From Clostridium sp. (GTDB lineage Bacteria > Bacillota > Clostridia > Lachnospirales > Lachnospiraceae), in NCBI GenBank assembly GCA_023664775.1, contig JAMPEW010000002.1, positions 16,027 through 80,026 on the forward strand: a stretch of DNA of 64,000 nucleotides, given 5' to 3'. Shown piece by piece: positions 1 through 8,373 of this stretch. Made by a program: the position numbers and the translations under genes. Numbering within the stretch: position 1 is the stretch's first letter; every line of letters begins with the position of its first letter. The notes under the pieces are model-generated. The model saw only the letters and a list, made by a program, of their open reading frames with translations. It searched no databases and was not told the DNA's origin.

Positions 1-324
1 ATAAAAGAAAATCACCTGCCTGTAATATCTATCTATGGTTATCTCGTCCTTTTGTCCCCGACCCCTGACGATTCGGAATATATCAGACGGGCATTGGTTA
101 TGCCTCTCATGGGAATCCCACCCTCCCGCGGTTCTCGCCGGACAGCCCAATGCGGTGAAGCGTTCAAGACTGAAGTACCATTATGCCCTCTGCCTGTCAT
201 CGCCATCCTTCGGTTACCACCCGAAGGTCGAAACAAAATTTTCTGTGGCTTGCCATGTTTCCACGACAGCAGAAGGGATGTATCTGATATATTGGGTATT
301 TAGTTTTCAAGGTTCAATGAGGAT

Positions 325-363
325 AAAAAATCCCCTCACTTTTCATGCCGAAAAAGCGAGGGG
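325..363 (-). terminator. Rho-independent terminator after the 505..1146 gene
   Basis: Stem ccctcactttt / aaaagcgaggg (332-363, one mismatch). On the minus strand it is followed by a T-run (plus-strand aaaaaa, 325-330). Confidence 0.6.
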
Positions 364-504
364 TGTACAACCATGTATTATTAAATTTTTTCTAAATTCA
401 TTCTGCTCTATGATTAAAATAATCTTTCAGCAATTCAATTATTTTGCCAGCACATCGTACATTTATTATTAAATATTCCAAATATATACCATTTTAATCA
501 ACAT

Positions 505-1146
505 TCAAAAACCTTCGCATTTCCTTTGATGGTACATTTCATTTACAGATTCAGCAAAAACAGAACGAGAATGTTTATGTATATTTTTATTGCAGTTTTT
601 CTTATAGATATAATAGTCCCTTAATTCCGCCCAACATCCATTGTCCTTGAGCCATTTAATTTTACCATCTAAATATTTAAATCCACCGCCTTGATATTCC
701 CATGTGTAGTTATTTTTCCTTTTATTAAATCTTATATATTTCTGTTTTCCATTTCCGCAGTTATGTACAAGTACAAAATCACAACTATATAAAATTCTAT
801 TGTCATATCTATTTAGCTTTTTAATTGTCAATACTCTAGTTGAATCTTCGCAGTAACTATAGCCATATTTGCGTGCAACTTGATCTATCGCAGATTTGAT
901 AATACATCGAATTTCTTTCGGCGTGTAATTTTCTTCATCGTCATTAATTTCTAAATCATAATCGAAATCAAATCCAATATTAGATTTTTTATCATATGTA
1001 ATCATATTTCTGCTAGAACTACCGACAGGTTTAAATTGAAATGTAAAATCACTTCTTACTATATCCTGTACTTCATGAATAATTTTATATAATTCACTTT
1101 TAACAGGTTTAACTTCTTCAGGGCTTACATAGACAAAATTAAACAT
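505..1146 (-). CDS. Small putative nucleotidyltransferase (pol-beta fold-like), function unknown
   Basis: GS...DxD-like motif (PVGSSSRNMITYDKKSNIGFDFDYDLEI). Start moved to the ATG at 1146, 8 nt after GGAGG; the track start is a TTG. Confidence 0.4.
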   Translation of the reverse strand: MFNFVYVSPEEVKPVKSELYKIIHEVQDIVRSDFTFQFKPVGSSSRNMITYDKKSNIGFDFDYDLEINDDEENYTPKEIRCIIKSAIDQVARKYGYSYCEDSTRVLTIKKLNRYDNRILYSCDFVLVHNCGNGKQKYIRFNKRKNNYTWEYQGGGFKYLDGKIKWLKDNGCWAELRDYYIYKKNCNKNIHKHSRSVFAESVNEMYHQRKCEGF

Positions 1147-1359
1147 ACTGGTTTCCTCCAAACTATAATTATAAGATTATGTGCTAAATATAAATCATTG
1201 CATTGTAACACAAATTATAATTCTGTCAACAAGGAATTTTTAGATATTTTAAGGGGTTATCCCGTTTTTTATTACTTTTCAAGGATATTAAAGGTGATTC
1301 AGGACATCCGGACAGGTATAGGTATCCGCCGTCTAATCCTCCCTGCACGCCGCTCAATT

Positions 1360-2235
1360 TTATTCTTCTGACACATCATTACCAGCATTCATATCGGTAA
1401 AGCCAAAAACATCTTCCCCTATGGCGTTTCTTAAAAAATCATCAAACCCAGCCATCTTCTTTTTATTCGTAATAATCGAAATTAATTCCTTGCCATACTT
1501 TGTTAATTGTACATTGCCTACATAAAACTCTTTATTTTCACCCAATTCGATTTCAAAATCAAAATATATTATTTTCTTTTTTTCATTAAACCTCACACTA
1601 TGTACCATGGCTGAACTCTGAACTAACCCCGTATCTGCCAAATCTTTAATTTCTTCATAGCCCAAACCACATTTTAAATATATATCAAATTTATCAAATA
1701 GAATAACGGGATAATATTCTTCCCCTATTTTTACTGTAAAATTCGCTATTTTCAAAAAAGTAGTAGCGTCTTTATAATCTATTATCGACAAAATGTGAAT
1801 CAAAGATTTAGAAACATTGTTAGGGTTATTTATTTCTTCAGCAAGTATTTTACCCCAAATTAATGCGATATCTTCTTTACTGACATGCCTGGCTTTATCA
1901 AAAAAATATGCTAGCCAATTGTCATCCAATTTCTCCGGTTCAGCATTTTCATTAAGTGAATCTAAAGCTATAGATAAAATATTATATTGATTTTCATATT
2001 CTTTAATCAGTCTGCGTGCATTACTTATACCTGCAGCTTTTGCAAGCATGGGCATTTTTTCATCATTTTTTATCTGTTCTATCAGATAATTTTCTGCTTC
2101 CAAATGATACTTTTTATTTGCCCTTGGAATTGCTACCCAACCAATAGCATTGGATACTTTATCTATGATTTTTTCTAATAAACTTCCGGTAGCCGTAAAT
2201 GCTTCTCTTGGAATTAACTGAAAATTGTCTAGCAT
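1360..2235 (-). CDS. DUF2806-like protein
   Basis: Central motif DDNWLAYFFDKARHVSKEDIALIWGKILAEEINNPNNVSKSLIHILS matches the DUF2806 signature as I recall it. The ATG at 2235 follows AAGGGGA. Confidence 0.55.
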   Translation of the reverse strand: MLDNFQLIPREAFTATGSLLEKIIDKVSNAIGWVAIPRANKKYHLEAENYLIEQIKNDEKMPMLAKAAGISNARRLIKEYENQYNILSIALDSLNENAEPEKLDDNWLAYFFDKARHVSKEDIALIWGKILAEEINNPNNVSKSLIHILSIIDYKDATTFLKIANFTVKIGEEYYPVILFDKFDIYLKCGLGYEEIKDLADTGLVQSSAMVHSVRFNEKKKIIYFDFEIELGENKEFYVGNVQLTKYGKELISIITNKKKMAGFDDFLRNAIGEDVFGFTDMNAGNDVSEE

Positions 2236-2315
2236 ACATTTATCCCCTTGTGCCAAAATTGTTTTTCTATATTTTACCACATTCTAATACTATTTTCTAT
2301 TTAAAAAGCCAATTA

Positions 2316-2400
2316 AGGAATTTGAGGTTTTAGATATTTTAATATTAGCTCATTGTCCTAGTTATAAGTGTTTTGTACCAGTAAAATCTTCTTTCCCTTC
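2316..2400. repeat. Junction repeat copy S1 (related to 16457-16545 and 35110-35200)
   Basis: Shares the exact 16-mer agctcattgtcctagt (2347-2362) with 35129-35144. Carries paired 10-mers cattgtccta (2351-2360) and ttttgtacca (2371-2380). Its left part aaggaattt..ttagatattttaa recurs at 1231-1256. Confidence 0.5.
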
Positions 2401-2421
2401 ACAATATACCAAAATATTTAC

Positions 2422-2474
2422 AATCCTCCTTTGATACAATTGAAAAGCAATGACAATTGCGGCAAAGGAGGATT
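2422..2474 (-). terminator. Long hairpin downstream of the sigma-like gene (possible terminator)
   Basis: Perfect 12-bp inverted repeat aatcctcctttg (2422-2433) / caaaggaggatt (2463-2474) with a 29-nt loop. Only a weak T-rich tail follows on the minus strand. Confidence 0.4.
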
Positions 2475-2521
2475 TGTTATCTGCCTGATAAAATGTACAT
2501 CAACTCAAATGTTTTTTAACC

Positions 2522-3043
2522 TTACCGCTCTAACATCTTTTTGAGTTTTTCCAACACATTCCTCAGTCTCTTACTTACCGCCTGTTGGGAAATGCCATAA
2601 ATTCCTGCCAGTTCCGTTTCCGTCATTTCATCATAATAACGTCTGTGTATCATAAGTCGTTCTTCTTCACTCAAACATTGAATTGCATCCATCAGATTCT
2701 CCGTCAGAATGTTCTTCACTGCCTCTGCTGCGACATCCACACGCCAATCCTCAAGAAAATTGATTCCGCTCAAGCTTTCCGCCAACAGAGCATCAATTGA
2801 CGCATCTTTATTCTCAATAGATTGCTCCGTTAAATACTTTTGTCTGCGCCGCTCCTTATAAAACTCTCTATATTGCTCCTGCGTCACCTCCATGAGCATT
2901 CCATGCAACGGAATAAACCGCTTCATTTTATATTCTTCTTCCTTTTCCTGACGGCAACATAATTCCATATAGGTGATTTCTTCATAACCGTCGGCAGAAA
3001 AGACAAAACACTTGTTGTTGGCATACTTTTTTCTTTCCGCCAT
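2522..3043 (-). CDS. Sigma-70 region-4-like transcriptional regulator (ICE ORF7-like)
   Basis: C-terminal HTH YYDEMTETELAGIYGISQQAVSKRLRNVLEKLKKML. GGAGG RBS before the ATG. Confidence 0.7.
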   Translation of the reverse strand: MAERKKYANNKCFVFSADGYEEITYMELCCRQEKEEEYKMKRFIPLHGMLMEVTQEQYREFYKERRRQKYLTEQSIENKDASIDALLAESLSGINFLEDWRVDVAAEAVKNILTENLMDAIQCLSEEERLMIHRRYYDEMTETELAGIYGISQQAVSKRLRNVLEKLKKMLER

Positions 3044-3142
3044 ATGTCTTCCTCCGTTTCATCAAAATCTTCAAATGAATTGATGAAACGGAGGACTGCG
3101 ACAGTTATATATTATTATCATTTGGAATTAACCCTTCAAAAC

Positions 3143-3190
3143 AAAAAAACCGCTAAACTTATTCGGTCTAACTGAATAAGTTTAGCGGTT
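3143..3190 (-). terminator. Strong rho-independent terminator after the XRE gene
   Basis: Perfect 17-bp stem aaccgctaaacttattc (3148-3164) / gaataagtttagcggtt (3174-3190). On the minus strand a T7 run follows. Confidence 0.85.
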
Positions 3191-3268
3191 TAACCACACA
3201 CATTATTAAATTCTATTTATACTACAATCTGTTTCTTGTTTTTTATATTAAAATCCCTCAACATACAT

Positions 3269-3580
3269 TTATGTAAACAAATCTTTGATATCTTCCATAA
3301 ATCGTTCTACAACATCCTGTTTTTGTTCAGGTACATTTTTTAATAACTCTTCTACCTTTTGTTCCCTGGAAATATAACCTCTTATAATATAATCGGTAGT
3401 CGTTTTATAATAATCACTCAATAAATCAACTATAGCAACAGACGGACACCGTTTTCCCTGCTCAACCTTGCATATAGTATCGACGCATATTCCCACTTCC
3501 TTTGCAACCTCCCGCTGTGTTTTTCGTTTCGCTTCCCGAAGCTGCCTTAATCGGTTTCCACACTCTTTCTTGTCATACAT
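3269..3580 (-). CDS. XRE-family HTH protein (candidate antitoxin/regulator of the MazF module)
   Basis: HTH_3-like LRQLREAKRKTQREVAKEVGICVDTICKVEQGKRCPS. Overlaps the 3' end of the MazF gene by 34 nt. Confidence 0.75.
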   Translation of the reverse strand: MYDKKECGNRLRQLREAKRKTQREVAKEVGICVDTICKVEQGKRCPSVAIVDLLSDYYKTTTDYIIRGYISREQKVEELLKNVPEQKQDVVERFMEDIKDLFT

Positions 3581-3954
3581 ATATTCGTCTCCTTATCAAT
3601 TCCAAACTGTTGCATAATAGCTTTTTCCAGTTGTTTCATAACCTCAGTATTACAATCAATATGACCTGATTTGCTGATAATCTTACTTTTATCTACCGTA
3701 ACAATTTGCTCTGGCATGCATACAGAAACTGTCTCCAAAAAGCCATCTACATCCTCCGGTGTTACCTGAACATGAACCGGAATAAATTTCTTATCCTGCT
3801 TACTGGAAAACGGACAAACATTTACAACTGCGGAGCATTTGTTATTCCTATCATTGCTCACCACGATGCATGGTCTTAAACCTGATTGAACGGAACTTTT
3901 GGGATGCTGTCCCAAATTAACATATACAATATCTCCACGCATAATTCCTTTCAT
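3547..3954 (-). CDS. mazF: PemK/MazF-family endoribonuclease toxin
   Basis: GDIVYVNLG...GLRPCIVVSNDRNN...VNVCPFSS is the classic MazF/PemK N-terminal signature. Confidence 0.8.
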   Translation of the reverse strand: MKGIMRGDIVYVNLGQHPKSSVQSGLRPCIVVSNDRNNKCSAVVNVCPFSSKQDKKFIPVHVQVTPEDVDGFLETVSVCMPEQIVTVDKSKIISKSGHIDCNTEVMKQLEKAIMQQFGIDKETNICMTRKSVETD

Positions 3955-3972
3955 GTCATTCCTCCTGCACCA

Positions 3973-4344
3973 TTAATTACTCCGAAAATTTAGCGAAAGT
4001 CTCAAATCCCCTTCATCCACCGTTATGATATGTCCTCCGGCTTCAATCACCTTTCCAATCTTTGCATACGCATCTGCAATATCAATTGAAACAGATGACA
4101 TATTGACGATGAGAATTCCATCATACTTTCTGCCCTTTATGCTATTAACCATGCTTTCAAAATGACGATTTACTTCATATTGTCCAAGTCCATGTCTATA
4201 TGCCACGCCTGCTATCTCTATTCCATTCGCTTTCGCATACTCTCTAATATAATGAAGCTGTCGTTCCTCTCTTCGCTCTATATCTGCAAATTTAGTATGA
4301 ACAGATATATATGCCATGCATCTCCAAACTTTTCTTTTAGCCAT
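3973..4344 (-). CDS. Stand-alone resolvase-N-terminal-like domain protein, catalytic residues degenerate
   Basis: AYISVHTKF..ERQLHYIREYAKANGIEI aligns to the serine-recombinase AxYxRVST..Q...L motif, with Ser replaced by His and Arg by Ser. YDGILIVNMSSVS sits in place of the lvv..ldRlsR motif. Confidence 0.45.
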   Translation of the reverse strand: MAKRKVWRCMAYISVHTKFADIERREERQLHYIREYAKANGIEIAGVAYRHGLGQYEVNRHFESMVNSIKGRKYDGILIVNMSSVSIDIADAYAKIGKVIEAGGHIITVDEGDLRLSLNFRSN

Positions 4345-4535
4345 GTTTCATCCCCGCCATTTTTATAAGCTGTAGGAATACGGCATGTAAGATAACACTT
4401 CCGATGAACCATTAAACTACATGCCGTTATATCTTCCTTCTTAGAAAAGTTTACATTATTAGTCCTGATTTGACAGCTACCATATTGTGGCAGTTATGTA
4501 CCCAATTTTGTAGTAGTCATAAGCCTCTTTTTACA

Positions 4536-4844
4536 TCACTCCAAAATTTCAATCACCGCCTCCAAAATCCGATATGCTTTCTTCTTATTTTCATCACTTA
4601 ATTCTGAAATCTTAAAAAATATTTCATTTTCTATATTCAGCCTCCCGCATACAAGGTAATCAAGTGATACCTTGAAATATTCCGCTAGCAGCGTCAGCGT
4701 ATCAATTCTGCCGCATGTTCTTCCCTGTTCAATTGAACGATATGTTTTCACACTGATACCTATAAGCTGTGCGACTTGAGTTTGTGAAGCCTTTTTGCTA
4801 TTTCTTAATTTTGATAATCTTTGTCCGATATTATTTACTTCCAT
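4536..4844 (-). CDS. XRE-family HTH regulator
   Basis: IGQRLSKLRNSKKASQTQVAQLIGISVKTYRSIEQGR. Start moved to the ATG at 4844, 8 nt after GGAGG. Confidence 0.75.
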   Translation of the reverse strand: MEVNNIGQRLSKLRNSKKASQTQVAQLIGISVKTYRSIEQGRTCGRIDTLTLLAEYFKVSLDYLVCGRLNIENEIFFKISELSDENKKKAYRILEAVIEILE

Positions 4845-5063
4845 AAACATTCCTCCAAATTCATAATTTTTATTTGAATCTGGATTCTCAAGGATACTTC
4901 GCAATGTATTCCTGATATACATGGACCTTACCAATCGAAACCAATACCGTTTAATATCCAACGAACATAAAGAACGCTAAATTACAAAAGTCTGACAAAA
5001 CATATTTCTGAATCTAATGTAAACACACAGATTTCTGTTCTGTCAGACCCCGCCAAATTTTAA

Positions 5064-5642
5064 TCAATTTTTTAATTTTACAGATTTAATTACAATCACT
5101 TCTGCAATCACTGAGAACAAAGCAACCGATAAAGCATAAAATACCTGTTTTATGAATCCTGTCATATCAAAAATAGCAAACAGTAGAAGCATTAAAAATA
5201 TTCCCACCAAAATTTTTCTTCTCTGACGTGCAAAAAACATCACTTCATTGTAATCGCTTTGATAAGCGGTTGTTACAAAAGCAATCTTATGTAACAGAAA
5301 CAGTATCCCGACAGCAAACAGTATCATATACAGCTTAGGAAGCATAATTTCTTTTGCCAGAAAAGGCCCACATGTCACTAATACAACCGAGCAAAAAAAG
5401 CACGTGGAAAATTTTTTCATATGAATTCCGCATATATATGCTCTAAGCGGTAATAGCACGGATAAAACCACAATAAATTCCCAAAAGATATTCAGAATAC
5501 AGGCAATTACCAGCCCTGTACCCAAACAGAGCAGCAATTCAATTCCTGTTTGAAATCCATAATGATACATATTGTAATCTTCTTTGTCTATCACGCCTTT
5601 ATCCACAATGTAATTTGTTATTTTATCTGCCAGTGAATACAT
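5064..5642 (-). CDS. agrB: AgrB-family autoinducer-processing membrane protease
   Basis: Multi-pass membrane protein with LLPLRAYICGIHMKKFSTCFFCS (AgrB-type R..GG/H..C motif). Its start overlaps the agrD stop (TAATG). Confidence 0.8.
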   Translation of the reverse strand: MYSLADKITNYIVDKGVIDKEDYNMYHYGFQTGIELLLCLGTGLVIACILNIFWEFIVVLSVLLPLRAYICGIHMKKFSTCFFCSVVLVTCGPFLAKEIMLPKLYMILFAVGILFLLHKIAFVTTAYQSDYNEVMFFARQRRKILVGIFLMLLLFAIFDMTGFIKQVFYALSVALFSVIAEVIVIKSVKLKN

Positions 5643-5803
5643 TAGAATTTCCTCAGTTTACTTAAATCCGGCTTTTCAGGCTGATGTAAAAACAGACAAC
5701 ATCCGCTATTCGCACCAATCATGGCAAAAAAAGCTCCGAACCCTGCGATTAAGCCAATCATCCATTTGGAATATACAACATTTGCTCTCAATTTTCTTAA
5801 CAT
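5642..5803 (-). CDS. agrD: AgrD-like cyclic autoinducer peptide precursor (53 aa)
   Basis: Amphipathic leader, then ...ANSGCCLFLHQPEKPDLSKLRKF (Cys core followed by an HQPE.P tail typical of clostridial AgrD). AAGGAGG RBS at 5810-5816. Confidence 0.75.
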   Translation of the reverse strand: MLRKLRANVVYSKWMIGLIAGFGAFFAMIGANSGCCLFLHQPEKPDLSKLRKF

Positions 5804-5830
5804 ATGGCACCTCCTTACTATATTTGTCAA

Positions 5831-5893
5831 ATTATAACATATTTTCTCTACGTAAATCGAATGTCGTAATTAATACCTATTGCCAGTGTAATT
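5831..5893 (-). promoter_or_regulatory. Putative agrDB promoter with LytTR-type direct repeats
   Basis: Minus-strand extended -10 tgttataat (5831-5839). Upstream direct repeats aattacgac (about 5863-5871) and aattacac (about 5886-5893) lie 22 nt apart, matching AgrA-type box spacing. Confidence 0.45.
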
Positions 5894-5900
5894 TTTACCC

Positions 5901-5936
5901 AAAAAAAAGACCAAAGCGTCTCACGCATCGGTCTTT
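5901..5936 (-). terminator. Rho-independent terminator after the histidine kinase gene
   Basis: Minus strand reads aaagaccgatgcgtgagacgctttggtc followed by T8. Confidence 0.75.
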
Positions 5937-5951
5937 TCACTGTATCTAATT

Positions 5952-7235
5952 TTATTGTACCGTCTGTGGCAAGTACATAATAATTGTCAGCTTATATATC
6001 TTATCCTTGATATCGATATCCAGATAACCATGATTTTCCTTATCTTTTTTTCGTGTAATCAATCTTCCCTCACTGTCTTTTCTTATAATACCGTCAAAGG
6101 TATTCTCCAGAAATATGGCAAGATTTCCTCTGTCATATTTCATTTTCAAATCGATATAAGCATCTTCTATCCCCTGCTTCTGATTTGCTTCAATTGCATT
6201 ATCCAATGCATTTCCCAAAATCACACATAAATCTGCATTATCAAAGGGCAAATTATAAGGTATGTCCAGCTCCATTCGGAATTTAATTCCATACTTTTGG
6301 GCCGTTACATATTTTGAATTAATCAATACATCAATAAATGAATGACCGGTATTTGCAACTGACAATTCATCCCAAGATTTTAAATCCGCAACCTCTGCAA
6401 TATATGTCTCCAATTTTTCATATTCTTTATTTTTTGAAAGCTCTAACATATATGTAAGTTTATGCTTTAAATCATGCTTGGTTTTTCGAATTTCAAGCAT
6501 AGTACTTTCTTTCTCCTTCATATGTTCCAAGTACAAATCCAACTCCAGCTTAAAAATATCATTTTTTCTTTTTAATTCATACGCATCTATCAATTTAATG
6601 TACATCAGAAAAATAAAAGAAACCACTACCAAAAGAATCACGAATACAATTACCGATATCCATAAATCTGACTTTTCCTCTGATTTTGCACTTAACATAA
6701 ATAAATGATATGAGAAAACCATACAGCCAAGCGGAATCATCATCAAAATCCCGTTATATTTCCATGAAAAATCTCTTACACTGTCATGTCGGAAAAAAAT
6801 TGCAAGCAGCTTTACCAAAATTAACAAGATACACTCACATAAAAAGGAACCCAACAAATCATATTCTTCAAACACTATTTTGTTATTCAAAAAAAATACG
6901 CTAACCAACAGTTCACAAAGCATCCACATTGCATTATATATAATCGCAAATACATTCTTACCGATAAAAGAGCCTTCAAAACCGCAGCCGACAAAGGCAA
7001 CAAAAAGAACACTCAGCAGCAGTCGTACTATTGCAGGAATGTTACTGACAGACGGCATGGAAATTATCTGCCATCCCATATAAATCAGAATGATTACAAC
7101 GACCTGCATCCGTTTTGATTTCTCTTCAAAAAAAGTCTTATAATATTCAAACACAATGTATGCCGATAATACAGCCAGAAAAATATTAAATAGAATTTCA
7201 ATCATAACACTATCGCCCAACAAACTGTTCCTCAA
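5952..7235 (-). CDS. agrC: AgrC-like sensor histidine kinase (GHKL, HATPase_c_5 type)
   Basis: Six to seven N-terminal TM helices. H-box region LEIRKTKHDLKHKL. N-box CVILGNALDNAIEA. Confidence 0.75.
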   Translation of the reverse strand: MRNSLLGDSVMIEILFNIFLAVLSAYIVFEYYKTFFEEKSKRMQVVVIILIYMGWQIISMPSVSNIPAIVRLLLSVLFVAFVGCGFEGSFIGKNVFAIIYNAMWMLCELLVSVFFLNNKIVFEEYDLLGSFLCECILLILVKLLAIFFRHDSVRDFSWKYNGILMMIPLGCMVFSYHLFMLSAKSEEKSDLWISVIVFVILLVVVSFIFLMYIKLIDAYELKRKNDIFKLELDLYLEHMKEKESTMLEIRKTKHDLKHKLTYMLELSKNKEYEKLETYIAEVADLKSWDELSVANTGHSFIDVLINSKYVTAQKYGIKFRMELDIPYNLPFDNADLCVILGNALDNAIEANQKQGIEDAYIDLKMKYDRGNLAIFLENTFDGIIRKDSEGRLITRKKDKENHGYLDIDIKDKIYKLTIIMYLPQTVQ

Positions 7236-7944
7236 TCAATTTTGAATATTGTTCATTAATCTCTCTTCTTCTATTTTCACTTATATAATATCTCTGACCG
7301 TTCATTAATACAACATAATCAAATGCCTTATGCCGAATATATTTTACATGAACCAGATATGATTGATGTATCCGCCAAAAATCTACTTTTCTATCTTTCA
7401 ATTTTTCTTCAACCAGACTTAATTTATCATAATATGTACAGACAGTTCCATCGGCAAGATAGATATTAATGCGTCTTTTGTCACTTTCAAACAGCATGAT
7501 ATCACATATCGGCAGTTTGTAATACTCTTTTTTATATTGAAATTCGTAATAACAGGTTTCAGACATAATGTTTTTATATATCTTCAAAAAACATTTCTCG
7601 ATAGTTTTTACGGATATGGGTTTCAAAATAAAATGATACGGGTGTACCTCATAGGCTTCCAATGCATAACTTTCAAAACCAGTTACATATATCAAATAAA
7701 CCTGTTCATCCATTTCACGAATCTGCTTTGCCGTATCCAGACCGTCTAAATGTTTCATCTCTATATCCAGAAAAATCAGGTCATATCGGACGTTATTTTC
7801 TTCCATTTGCTTTAACAATGCTTCACCGCTCATGAAGTCTTCCACATCAACACGAATACCTTGTTGAAGGGATATAGTTTCTAAAATCCTCTCTAATCTT
7901 TCGATTTCTTCTATTTCATCATCACATATTGCAACATTAAGCAT
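7210..7944 (-). CDS. agrA: LytTR-family response regulator (AgrA-like)
   Basis: Receiver domain (VAICDDE...DLIFLDIEM) plus a LytTR-like C-terminal half. Overlaps the kinase gene. Confidence 0.8.
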   Translation of the reverse strand: MLNVAICDDEIEEIERLERILETISLQQGIRVDVEDFMSGEALLKQMEENNVRYDLIFLDIEMKHLDGLDTAKQIREMDEQVYLIYVTGFESYALEAYEVHPYHFILKPISVKTIEKCFLKIYKNIMSETCYYEFQYKKEYYKLPICDIMLFESDKRRINIYLADGTVCTYYDKLSLVEEKLKDRKVDFWRIHQSYLVHVKYIRHKAFDYVVLMNGQRYYISENRRREINEQYSKLIEEQFVGR

Positions 7945-7981
7945 TCCAATCTCCCCTACATGTAATTAAAATATTTTATCC

Positions 7982-8212
7982 TTATTCTTTAAAAAGTTCC
8001 TCATAAGACACATTAAAAATTGTCTTTAAAAGCTTCAAGTCACTTGCCTTGATGTTCCTTCTTCCCGTTTCAATATTTGCCAACGTACTTCTTGACATAT
8101 TGCTGCCCATTAACTGCATCTGTGCAACAACCTCAACCTGTGTCATATTTTTCTTCATCCTGATTGTCTGGATATTTCTTCCCAAAGGAATATCCGCTAG
8201 AATCCATTGCAT
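7982..8212 (-). CDS. XRE-family HTH protein
   Basis: NIQTIRMKKNMTQVEVVAQMQLMGSNMSRSTLANIETGRR. Confidence 0.7.
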   Translation of the reverse strand: MQWILADIPLGRNIQTIRMKKNMTQVEVVAQMQLMGSNMSRSTLANIETGRRNIKASDLKLLKTIFNVSYEELFKE

Positions 8213-8373
8213 AATAATACCTCAAGTTTTGTGACTTATTGGTGACCTTTTCTAGTATATACAAATGAATTAAATATAATGTCACTAATCGGAAACATTA
8301 TATAAATTAGGGCGATACAGGTATGAAACCTATACCGCCCTGACAACTTCATTTATTGATTATTTGTTTTATC

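Noticed and set aside
207-227. T-box riboswitch (the minus strand reads gggtggtaaccg)
   Set aside because: The match to the T-box core has an extra base. No specifier stem, antiterminator/terminator pair or downstream aminoacyl-tRNA-related gene is present.
35-300. Group II intron, tmRNA, RNase P or SRP RNA
   Set aside because: I could not find a domain V-like 34-nt hairpin with an AGC triad, a GUGYG 5' end, a tag-peptide frame with tRNA-like end, or the conserved RNase P/SRP motifs on either strand.
2347-2362. Treating the exact 16-mer shared with 35129-35144 as proof of an att site
   Set aside because: One exact 16-mer repeat is roughly what chance predicts in 64 kb of AT-biased sequence. 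It is kept only as supporting evidence alongside the longer S2/S3 alignment and the paired 10-mer layout.
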